Positions 10,680 through 20,601 of a stretch of 64,000 nucleotides of DNA are shown here, piece after piece. How positions within the stretch are numbered: the first letter of the stretch is position 1; every line of letters starts with the position of its first letter. This stretch comes from Pseudomonadota bacterium (GTDB lineage Bacteria; Pseudomonadota; Gammaproteobacteria; Burkholderiales; SG8-39): the NCBI GenBank assembly GCA_040752005.1, contig JBFMFX010000002.1, positions 64,824 through 128,823 on the forward strand. The letters run 5' to 3'. Both the position numbers and the translations under genes were made by a program. The notes under the pieces are model-generated. The model ran no database searches and had not been told where the DNA came from. It saw only the letters and a list, made by a program, of their open reading frames with translations.

Positions 10680-10695
10680 TGTTAAAATCCGCCCC
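10680..10695 (+). promoter_or_regulatory. Putative -10 (TTAAAAT) plus GC-rich discriminator for rpsT; the 16-mer TGTTAAAATCCGCCCC is shared with hppA
   Basis: An identical 16-mer occurs in the same orientation upstream of hppA (43942-43957, minus strand). Both copies lie about 20-25 nt upstream of their start codon. Confidence 0.45.
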
Positions 10696-10717
10696 CTTTT
10701 TCGGGACCGGGTTCAGC

Positions 10718-10981
10718 ATGGCCAACATCAAGTCCGCGCAGAAGCGCGCGCGCCAGTCCGTCGAGCGGCGCCGCCGCAACATGAGCCTGCGCACGGCGGT
10801 GCGCACCGCCATCAAGCGGGTGAAGAAGGCGATTGCGGCGGGCGACAAGGCGGCGGCGCTCGCCGCGCTGCAAGCGTCGCAGGCAGTCATTGACCGCGTC
10901 GCCGCCAAGGGCGTCCTGCACCGCAACGCCGCCGCGCGCCACAAGAGCCGCCTCGCGCACGCGATCAAGGCGCTTGCCTAG
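10718..10981 (+). CDS. rpsT: 30S ribosomal protein S20
   Basis: [21 protein letters not shown]... is the canonical S20 N-terminus. The ATG at 10718 lies inside the longer tracked ORF. Confidence 0.95.
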   Translation: MANIKSAQKRARQSVERRRRNMSLRTAVRTAIKRVKKAIAAGDKAAALAALQASQAVIDRVAAKGVLHRNAAARHKSRLAHAIKALA

Positions 10982-11319
10982 CCCGTATCGCCGGCTCGCT
11001 GCAGCTTCGCGAGCTCGGTACGCTCCGCGACGCGGCCCTCGCGCGTCTGCAGTTCGTTGTCTCTTGCGAAATTGAGCAGAAACCGGAACGCCATCGGCTC
11101 GATCTCCCTGAGCCGCACGTCCACGACCACGCAGCGCACTCCGGCCGAGGTCACCGGGTGCACGTAGGGCGAGTACTGCATGCGATGGTCGCCGCCGAAG
11201 GCGGCCATCACGCCGCACAGGCGCTCGGCCCAGTCGCTGGGACGGAACGGCCTGCCGTCCAGGGTCATGCCCCGGATCACGAACTCGACCGGGCCGCCGT
11301 CCGCGAGCTTCGCAAGCAT
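10978..11319 (-). CDS. DUF3579 domain protein
   Basis: 113 aa with the family-like core [24 protein letters not shown]...YSPYVHP. As I recall it, this family typically neighbours rpsT in betaproteobacteria. Confidence 0.7.
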   Translation of the reverse strand: MLAKLADGGPVEFVIRGMTLDGRPFRPSDWAERLCGVMAAFGGDHRMQYSPYVHPVTSAGVRCVVVDVRLREIEPMAFRFLLNFARDNELQTREGRVAERTELAKLQRAGDTG

Positions 11320-11334
11320 GCGAAATCATAGCCG

Positions 11335-13332
11335 ATGCCGAAACCGGTAAGCCGCGTGCTGGTGGTGGACGACGAGCCGCTGGTGCTGCGCGAGTTCGTC
11401 AAGGGCCTGAACGCAGCGGCGCGCACGCTCGACAATCCGCTCGGCCTCACCTTCGCCGGCGTCGCCACCGCGCGCGAGGCGCTCGCCGCGATCGAGGCCG
11501 ACGGCGACCTGCAGGCGGTCGTGGTGGACGACAAGCTCTATACGCTGCAGGCGGGCGCCGCCCGGCGCGCGAACGGCCCCGGCCGGGGAAAGAAGCTGCA
11601 GATGTCGGCGCTGGAGCTGGTGCAGCGGATCGCGCGCCTGCGCCCGGAACTGGACGTCTACATCCTGATCGCCAAGGAGTCCGAGGACGAGGTCGTGGAC
11701 GCGCTCTTTACCGAGGCGGTGGACGGCTATTTTTACCGCGAGGAGCGCGACTACCGCGGCATCTACCGCATCCTCAACGCGCAGATCCAGGAAAAGGCGC
11801 GCACGCCCTTCTACGACCAGCTGAAAAGCTACGTCTGGATGGCAAAGGACCAGTGGCACACGCCGGGCCACTCCTCCGGCGAGTCGCTGCGCGGCAGCCC
11901 GTGGGTGAACGACTTCTACGAGTTCATGGGCGAGCACGTGTTCGACGCCGACCTCTCGGTGTCGGTGCCGATGCTCGATTCGCTCATGAACCCGACCGGC
12001 GTCATCGCCGAGGCGCAGAACATGGCGGCGAAGGCGTTCGGCGCGCGGCGCACGTTCTTCGCCACCAACGGCACCTCGACCGCGAACAAGGTGATCTTCC
12101 AGACGCTGATCGCCCCGGGCGAGAAGCTGCTGCTCGATCGCAACTGCCACAAGAGCGTGCACCACGGCGTGGTGCTCTCGGGCGCGCACCCGGTGTACCT
12201 GGACGCCTCGCTCAACCACCGCTACGGTCTGTACGGCCCGGTGCCGAAGAAGACGATCCTCCAGGCGATCCGGCGCCACCCGGACGCGCAGGCGCTGGTG
12301 CTCACCTCGTGCACTTACGACGGCCTGCGCTACGACCTCGCGCCGATCGTCGAGGCCGCGCACGCCACCGGCATCAAGGTGATCGTGGACGAGGCCTGGT
12401 ACGGCTTTGCGCGCTTTCACCCCGAGTTCCGCCCGACGGCGCTGGAAGCCGGCGCCGACTACGTCACGCAGTCCACGCACAAGGTGCTCTCGGCCTTCTC
12501 GCAGGCCTCGATGATCCACGTCAACGACCCCACGTTCAACGCGCACCTGTTCCGCGAGAACTTCAACATGCACACTTCGACCAGCCCGCAGTACGGGCTG
12601 ATCGCGAGCCTGGACGTCGCGCGCAAGCAGGCGGTGATGGAGGGCTACAAGCTCCTTGCGCGCACGCTCGCCTTGGCGCGCGAGCTGCGCGCGCAGATCA
12701 ACTCCACCGGCGCGTTCCGCTGCCTGGAGCTGGCCGATCTGCTGCCCGAGGAAGTGCGCGGCGACGGCATCCGGCTCGACCCGACCAAGGTCACGGTGGA
12801 CATCTCCGGCTGCGGCTACACCGTGGACGAGCTGCAGGCCGAGCTTTTTCGCCGCTACAACATCCAGATCGAGAAGAGCACTTTCAACACCCTCACCCTG
12901 CTGCTCACCATCGGCACCACGCGCTCGAAGGTCTCGCGCCTGTACGACGCGCTCATGCGCATCGCGCGCGAGCGGCGCGCGCCGCGGCGACTGGTGCGCA
13001 CGCCGGAGATCCCGGCGTTCACGCGGCTGCGCCATCTGCCGCGCGACGCCTACTACTGCGGCGGGGAGCTCGTGCCGGTGTTCGACGAGCGCGAGCGCGT
13101 CAACCGCGCCCTCGCCGGGCGCGTGTGTGCCGACGGCATCGTGCCGTATCCGCCCGGCATCCCGGTGCTCGTGCCCGGACAGGTGATCACGCACGAGATC
13201 GCCGAATACCTGGGCGGCGTGCTGCGCTCGCAAAAGAGGATCGAGGTGCACGGCATCGCCTACGAGGGCTATGCCGCGTGCGTGCGGGTGCTGCGGCCCG
13301 CCGAGGAAAGAGGCCTGCGGCGGATCCGCTAG
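11335..13332 (+). CDS. Orn/Lys/Arg decarboxylase family PLP enzyme with CheY-like N-terminal wing domain
   Basis: Fold-type I decarboxylase core with the PLP lysine motif (TQSTHKVLSAFSQASMIHV) and HTPGH motif. The N-terminus reads VLVVDDEPL...VVVDDKL. Substrate is not assignable from sequence; the arg-cluster context suggests arginine or ornithine. Confidence 0.8.
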   Translation: MPKPVSRVLVVDDEPLVLREFVKGLNAAARTLDNPLGLTFAGVATAREALAAIEADGDLQAVVVDDKLYTLQAGAARRANGPGRGKKLQMSALELVQRIARLRPELDVYILIAKESEDEVVDALFTEAVDGYFYREERDYRGIYRILNAQIQEKARTPFYDQLKSYVWMAKDQWHTPGHSSGESLRGSPWVNDFYEFMGEHVFDADLSVSVPMLDSLMNPTGVIAEAQNMAAKAFGARRTFFATNGTSTANKVIFQTLIAPGEKLLLDRNCHKSVHHGVVLSGAHPVYLDASLNHRYGLYGPVPKKTILQAIRRHPDAQALVLTSCTYDGLRYDLAPIVEAAHATGIKVIVDEAWYGFARFHPEFRPTALEAGADYVTQSTHKVLSAFSQASMIHVNDPTFNAHLFRENFNMHTSTSPQYGLIASLDVARKQAVMEGYKLLARTLALARELRAQINSTGAFRCLELADLLPEEVRGDGIRLDPTKVTVDISGCGYTVDELQAELFRRYNIQIEKSTFNTLTLLLTIGTTRSKVSRLYDALMRIARERRAPRRLVRTPEIPAFTRLRHLPRDAYYCGGELVPVFDERERVNRALAGRVCADGIVPYPPGIPVLVPGQVITHEIAEYLGGVLRSQKRIEVHGIAYEGYAACVRVLRPAEERGLRRIR

Positions 13333-13389
13333 CCGATTTCGGGCGCCGGCCGGGCCCTACACAAGCAGGCGAAGGCCTGATAGCATTAT

Positions 13390-13424
13390 GCAAACGGCGG
13401 TTCTGCGACCGCCGTTTTGCATTT
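13390..13424 (+). terminator. Hairpin plus T-rich tail between the decarboxylase gene and argD
   Basis: GCAAACGGCGG ttctgcga CCGCCGTTTTGC followed by ATTT. It is an 11/12-nt stem with a one-base bulge. Confidence 0.5.
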
Positions 13425-13435
13425 GAGAGCGACTC

Positions 13436-14635
13436 ATGTCCCATCTGATGAACACCTACGCCCGCCAGCCGGTCGCGTTCGTGCGCGGCCGCGGCTGCCG
13501 GCTCTACGACGCCGCCGGGCGCGAGTACCTCGATGCGCTCGCCGGGATCGCGGTGAACACGCTCGGGCACGCGCACCCGCGGCTCGTGCGCGCGCTCACC
13601 GAGCAGATCGGCCGCATCATCCACACCTCGAACCTGTTCGAGTCGCCGCTGCAGGAAGCCGCCGCCGACCGCATTGCGGAGATCACCGGGCTCGACGAGG
13701 TGTTTTTCTGCAACTCGGGGCTGGAAGCGAACGAGTGCGCGATCAAGCTCGCGCGCAAGTACGGCCACGAGCGCGGCATCGCCGAGCCGGCGATCGTCGT
13801 GATGGAAAAGGCGTTCCACGGCCGCTCGCTCGCCACGCTCTCGGCCGGCGGCAGCCGCAAGGTGCAGGCGGGCTTCGAGCCGCTGGTGCAGGGCTTCGTG
13901 CGCGTGCCGCTCAACGACCTGGACGCCGTGCGCCAGGTCGCCCAGCACAACCGCAACGTGGTCGCCGTGTTCGTCGAGCCGATCCAGGGCGAGGGCGGGA
14001 TCCACCTTGCGCGCATGGAGTACCTGCGAGGCCTGAAGGAGATCTGCGAGGCGAACGAGTGGCTGTTCATGTCCGACGAGGTGCAGTGCGGCCTCGGGCG
14101 CACCGGCAAATGGTTCGTCTATCAGCACGCCGGTTTTCTGCCCGACGTGGTGCCGATCGCCAAGGGCCTTGCCGGCGGCGTGCCGGTGGGCGCCTGCGTC
14201 GCCGGCGGCCGGGCGAAGGGCCTGTTCAAGCCGGGCAACCACGGCTCGACCTTCGGCGGCAACCCGCTCGCGATGACCGGCGTGATCACCACGCTCGACG
14301 TGATCCGCGAGGAGGGGCTGCTCGAGAACGCGGTGCGCGTGGGCGAAGCGATCCGCGCAGGGCTCGCGGCGGCGCTCGCTGGCGTGCCGGGCGTGGTGGA
14401 GGTGCGCGGCATGGGCATGATGATCGGCGTGGAACTCGACCGGCCCTGCGGCGACCTGGTGAAGATGGCGCTCGATGCCGGGCTCGTGATCAACGTCACC
14501 GCCGAGCGCGTGATCCGGCTTCTGCCGCCGCTCATCATGACCGAGGCCGAAGGCCGCGAGGTGGTCGAGCGCCTCGCGCCGCTGGTGCGCGCGTTCCTCG
14601 GCGCCGCCGAGCCGCGCGCCGCCGCGGCGCGCTAG
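13436..14635 (+). CDS. argD: Acetylornithine aminotransferase
   Basis: Class III aminotransferase (SGLEANECAIKLAR, DEVQCGLGRTGK, STFGGNPLA), adjacent to argF. Confidence 0.9.
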   Translation: MSHLMNTYARQPVAFVRGRGCRLYDAAGREYLDALAGIAVNTLGHAHPRLVRALTEQIGRIIHTSNLFESPLQEAAADRIAEITGLDEVFFCNSGLEANECAIKLARKYGHERGIAEPAIVVMEKAFHGRSLATLSAGGSRKVQAGFEPLVQGFVRVPLNDLDAVRQVAQHNRNVVAVFVEPIQGEGGIHLARMEYLRGLKEICEANEWLFMSDEVQCGLGRTGKWFVYQHAGFLPDVVPIAKGLAGGVPVGACVAGGRAKGLFKPGNHGSTFGGNPLAMTGVITTLDVIREEGLLENAVRVGEAIRAGLAAALAGVPGVVEVRGMGMMIGVELDRPCGDLVKMALDAGLVINVTAERVIRLLPPLIMTEAEGREVVERLAPLVRAFLGAAEPRAAAAR

Positions 14636-14642
14636 TCCCGCG

Positions 14643-15587
14643 ATGGCCGCGCCCCGGGTCAAGCTCCGGCATTACCTGCAGTTCAAGGATTTCTCGCGCG
14701 CCGAGTACGAGTACCTGTTCGCGCGCACGCGCTGGATCAAGGCGCGCTTCAAGAGCTACAAACGCTACTGGCCGCTCCAGGACCGGACGCTGGCGATGAT
14801 CTTCGAGAAGCCCTCCACGCGCACACGCCTGTCGTTCGAGGCCGGCATGCACCAGCTCGGCGGCGCCGCGATCTACCTCTACACGCGCGACTCGCAGCTC
14901 GGCCGCGGCGAGCCGGTGGAGGACGCCGCGCAGGTGATCTCGCGCATGTGCGACCTCGTCATGATCCGCACCTTCGAGCAGGAGATCGTCGAGCGCTTCG
15001 CCGCGCGCTCGCGCGTGCCGGTGATCAACGGCCTCACCAACGAGTATCACCCCTGCCAGATCCTCGCCGACATCTACACCTTCCTCGAGCACCGCGGCCC
15101 GATCCGCGGCAAGACCGTGGCCTGGATCGGCGACTCGAACAACGTGTGCAACACCTGGCTGCAGGCCGCCGAGGTGCTCGACTTCAAGGTGCACGTCTCG
15201 ACGCCGCCGGGCTACGAGGTCGAGCCCGAGCGCGCCGGGGTGGCCGGTACCCACTTCGAGCAGTTCGCCGATCCGCTCGCGGCGGCGAAGGGCGCGCATC
15301 TGGTCACCACCGACGTCTGGACCTCGATGGGGTTCGAAGCGGAGAACGAGGCGCGCCGCAAGGCGTTCGAGGACTGGCAGGTGGACGCGGAGCTCATGCG
15401 CGCGGCGCGCAAGGACGCGCTGTTCATGCACTGCCTGCCGGCGCACCGCGGCGAGGAGGTTGCCGCCGAGGTGATTGACGGGCCGCAGAGCGTGGTGTGG
15501 GACGAGGCCGAGAACCGCTTGCACACCCAGAAGGCGCTGATGGAGTTCCTGCTCCTGGGCAGGATCCGCAGGCCGGGGAAGCGTTAG
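14643..15587 (+). CDS. argF: Ornithine carbamoyltransferase
   Basis: STRTR, HPCQ and HCLP motifs are present (FEKPSTRTRLSFE, EYHPCQILAD, FMHCLPAHRGEE). Confidence 0.95.
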   Translation: MAAPRVKLRHYLQFKDFSRAEYEYLFARTRWIKARFKSYKRYWPLQDRTLAMIFEKPSTRTRLSFEAGMHQLGGAAIYLYTRDSQLGRGEPVEDAAQVISRMCDLVMIRTFEQEIVERFAARSRVPVINGLTNEYHPCQILADIYTFLEHRGPIRGKTVAWIGDSNNVCNTWLQAAEVLDFKVHVSTPPGYEVEPERAGVAGTHFEQFADPLAAAKGAHLVTTDVWTSMGFEAENEARRKAFEDWQVDAELMRAARKDALFMHCLPAHRGEEVAAEVIDGPQSVVWDEAENRLHTQKALMEFLLLGRIRRPGKR

Positions 15588-15593
15588 CCGGCC

Positions 15594-17678
<2,085 letters not shown>

Positions 17679-17681
17679 GCG

Positions 17682-18389
17682 CTACTTTGCGAGCCCCTCG
17701 AGCCAGCGGCCGTAGATGCGGTCGGCCACCCTGTGCAGCGCCTCGACCCGCTGTGCGAGGCGCCGCTCGATCTCGCGCGGTTCCTGCACCCCGGGGCTCG
17801 TGGCGCTCTTCCTGATCTCGGCCGCGCCGCCGCGCACCCAGGTCCGGATCAGCTCCTCGGTCATCTCGACATGGCACTGCATCCCGAAGTGCTTGCCGAG
17901 CGCGAACGCCTGATTGACGCAGTGCGCGTTCGTGAGCACCCGCGTCGCCCCGAAAGGAATGCTGAAGGTCTCGCCGTGCCAGTGAAACGCCTCGAACCGC
18001 TCGAGATCGCCGAACCACTCGCGCGCCACCGCGTTGTCGCAGACCTCGACCTCGCCCCAGCCGATCTCCTTCACCTTGTTGCGCGTCACCTCGCCGCCCA
18101 GCGCCTTGGCCATCAACTGGCCGCCGAGGCAGTGCCCGAGGACCGGCACGTCCTTGCACACCGCGTCACGGATGAGTTCGAGCGCCGGCGCGATCCACGG
18201 CAGGTCGTCGTTGACGCTCATCGGCCCGCCCATGAAGACGAGCCCCGAGTGCGCGCGCGCGTCCTTCGGCACCTTTGCGCCCTCGTCGAGCGCAACCAGC
18301 GTCCAGGGGATCCCCCTCGCCTCCAGCGCGGTGGCAAAATAGCCCGGACCCTCCGAGCGCACGTGGCGGAATATCGCGACCGGTTTCAT
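17682..18389 (-). CDS. Class I glutamine amidotransferase (GuaA-N-like) protein
   Basis: MKPVAIFRHV..., nucleophile elbow VLGHCLGGQ, and HWHGETF. ATG at 18389; the tracked ORF extends spuriously to 18764. Confidence 0.85.
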   Translation of the reverse strand: MKPVAIFRHVRSEGPGYFATALEARGIPWTLVALDEGAKVPKDARAHSGLVFMGGPMSVNDDLPWIAPALELIRDAVCKDVPVLGHCLGGQLMAKALGGEVTRNKVKEIGWGEVEVCDNAVAREWFGDLERFEAFHWHGETFSIPFGATRVLTNAHCVNQAFALGKHFGMQCHVEMTEELIRTWVRGGAAEIRKSATSPGVQEPREIERRLAQRVEALHRVADRIYGRWLEGLAK

Positions 18390-19041
18390 GGCAGCGCATT
18401 GTAGTGTGCTTCGGCGCATCGCCTTGCTCGCCGCGGCGCTCGCCGCCGCGCCGGCGGCGGCGCTCGAGCTCACGCTCGTCGGCACCTTCGGCGACAAGGC
18501 GGCGATCCTCGTCCTCGACAATGGGGAGCCGCGCACGGTAAGAGTCGGGCAGCGGATCGGCACCGCGACCCTCGTCTCGGTCGAGCGCGACCGCGCGACG
18601 GTGGAAATTGACGGCAAGCGCCGGGTGCTGGTGCGCGGGCAGACCTGGAGTACGTGGGCCGGTACGGCCGGCCGGCAGACCGCGGTGCTCGCCGCGGGCC
18701 CGGGCGGGCACTTCATCGTCGAAGGGCAGGTCAACGGCGGCACGGTGCGCTTTCTCGTGGACACCGGCGCAAGCGCCGTCGCGCTGCCGGCAGCCGATGC
18801 GCGGCGGCTCGGGATCGACTACCGCAAGGGCCAGCGCGGCATGACCCAGACCGCCTCCGGCACCGCGCCCGCGTACCTGGTGAGGCTCGACAGCGTGCGC
18901 GTCGGCGGAATCGAGCTGCACCAAGTGGACGGCATCGTCATCGAGCAGGGCCTTTCGGTCGCGCTCCTCGGCATGACCTTCCTCAACCGCGTCGAGATGA
19001 AGCGCGAAGGCCAGACGCTGACCCTCACCCGCCGCTTCTGA
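18388..19041 (+). CDS. Retropepsin-like (clan AA, TIGR02281-type) aspartic protease
   Basis: FLVDTGASAVALP active-site motif, GGIEL...LLGMTFL, and an N-terminal signal or anchor. The start may instead be GTG 18406. Confidence 0.8.
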   Translation: MAAHCSVLRRIALLAAALAAAPAAALELTLVGTFGDKAAILVLDNGEPRTVRVGQRIGTATLVSVERDRATVEIDGKRRVLVRGQTWSTWAGTAGRQTAVLAAGPGGHFIVEGQVNGGTVRFLVDTGASAVALPAADARRLGIDYRKGQRGMTQTASGTAPAYLVRLDSVRVGGIELHQVDGIVIEQGLSVALLGMTFLNRVEMKREGQTLTLTRRF

Positions 19042-19075
19042 AATCAGGGTCAGACCCGGGTCTGACCCGGTTTTT
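19041..19075. repeat. REP-like palindrome, copy 2; probable bidirectional terminator
   Basis: Perfect 11+11 palindrome GGGTCAGACCC GGGTCTGACCC (19047-19068) followed by TTTTT. It lies between the convergent protease and pcm genes. Confidence 0.75.
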
Positions 19076-19087
19076 CTGCGCTCCGCG

Positions 19088-19723
19088 CTACTTGCCCGGC
19101 ACGAGCGGCACGAAGCGCACCGGCAGGACGTTGCGCCGGGTGAGGGTGCCGTCGGCGGCCTTGGTGACGAGAACGAGACGCTGGATGTCGCCCGCGCCGC
19201 CCACCGGGATCACCATGCGTCCGCCGGGCTTCAACTGGTCCACCAGCGCCTGCGGAATGGAGGGAGCGGCGGCGGTGACGACGATCGCGTCGAAGGGCGC
19301 TTTTTCCGGCCAGCCGGCATAACCGTCGCCCGCGCGCACCTCGACGTTGCGATAGCCCAGTTCCGCAAGACGCGCCGCCGCCTGCTTCGCCAGCGGCTCC
19401 AGCAGCTCGATCGTGTACACCTGCTTGACGATCTCGGCGAGCACCGCCGCCTGGTAGCCCGAGCCGGTGCCGACTTCCAGCACCACGTGATGCGGCTCCG
19501 GTGCGACAAGATCGGTCGAGAGCGCAACGATGAAGGGCTGCGAGATGGTCTGCCCGTGGCCGATCGGCAGCGGATGGTTGCGGTAGGCGAGCGGCCGCTC
19601 GGCGGGCCCGACGAAGCGGTGGCGCTCGACCTTCGCCATCGCCGCGCGCACCCGCGGCGACATCGCGGCAAGCCCGGTTTCGGCGCGCGTCTCGGCGTAG
19701 GTCGCGTCAATGTCGGCGAGCAT
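19088..19723 (-). CDS. pcm: Protein-L-isoaspartate O-methyltransferase
   Basis: ISQPFIVA and VLEVGTGSGYQAAVLA SAM-binding motifs. 211 aa. Confidence 0.92.
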   Translation of the reverse strand: MLADIDATYAETRAETGLAAMSPRVRAAMAKVERHRFVGPAERPLAYRNHPLPIGHGQTISQPFIVALSTDLVAPEPHHVVLEVGTGSGYQAAVLAEIVKQVYTIELLEPLAKQAAARLAELGYRNVEVRAGDGYAGWPEKAPFDAIVVTAAAPSIPQALVDQLKPGGRMVIPVGGAGDIQRLVLVTKAADGTLTRRNVLPVRFVPLVPGK

Positions 19724-19790
19724 CCTCTCGCGCAGCGCGCGCCAGTCCTGGGCCTCGGCGCCGCCGATGCACAGGCAGGCGGCGAGAAGG

Positions 19791-20594
19791 CTAGCGAGCG
19801 CTCTTGTCGCGTTCGACGCGCGCGTAGGCGGAGTGGTTGTGGATCGATTCGAAGTTCTCCGACTCGACCACGTACGCGGTGATGCGCTCGTCGAGGTTGA
19901 GCAGCGCCGCCACGTCGCGCACCATGTCTTCGACGAACTTCGGATTGTCGTAGGCGCGCTCGGTGACGTACTTCTCGTCCGGGCGCTTGAGCAGGCCGTA
20001 GAGTTCGCTGGAGGCCTGCTTTTCCACCAGATCCACGATCTCCTCGATCCAGACGAAGTCGCTCGTGCGGGCGGTGACCGTGACGTGCGAGCGCTGGTTG
20101 TGCGCGCCGCGATCGGAAATGCGCTTGGAGCACGGGCACAGGCTCGTCACCGGCACCAGCACCTTCATCGCGAAGCTCTGCCGGCCGCGCCGGATCTCGC
20201 CGATGAAGGTGACCTCGTAGTCCATCAGGCTCTTCACCCCGGAGACCGGCGCCGACTTCTCGATGAAGTACGGGAACGCCATCTCGATGTGCCCTTCCTC
20301 GGCCTCCAGCCGCTCGACCATCTGCACGAGCATCGCCTTGAAGCTCGCCACCGTCAGCTCGCGCTCCTGCGCCGCCAGGATTTCGACGAAGCGCGACATG
20401 TGCGTGCCCTTGAAGTGGTGCGGCAGCCCGACGTACATGTTGAACGTGGCGACGGTGTGCTGCACGCCGCCGGCGCGCTCCATGACGCGGATCGGGTGGC
20501 GGATGGCCTTGATGCCGACCTGGTCAATGGCGATGCGGCGCGAGTCGCGGCTCGACTGAACGTCCGGGATGCTGTGCAGGTCTTTCGCCTTCAT
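19791..20594 (-). CDS. folE2: GTP cyclohydrolase I type 2 (FolE2/MptA family)
   Basis: IPDVQSS...IDQVGIK...[11 protein letters not shown]...SLCPCSK...GAHNQRS motifs typical of FolE2. Confidence 0.9.
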   Translation of the reverse strand: MKAKDLHSIPDVQSSRDSRRIAIDQVGIKAIRHPIRVMERAGGVQHTVATFNMYVGLPHHFKGTHMSRFVEILAAQERELTVASFKAMLVQMVERLEAEEGHIEMAFPYFIEKSAPVSGVKSLMDYEVTFIGEIRRGRQSFAMKVLVPVTSLCPCSKRISDRGAHNQRSHVTVTARTSDFVWIEEIVDLVEKQASSELYGLLKRPDEKYVTERAYDNPKFVEDMVRDVAALLNLDERITAYVVESENFESIHNHSAYARVERDKSAR

Positions 20595-20601
20595 GCGGCC
20601 A

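Noticed and set aside
13375-13400. A possible ArgR ARG box (TGATAGCATTATGCA) upstream of argD.
   Set aside because: There is only a loose resemblance to the TGAAT-N4-ATTCA-type consensus, in a single copy. I also cannot establish which type of arginine regulator this organism uses.
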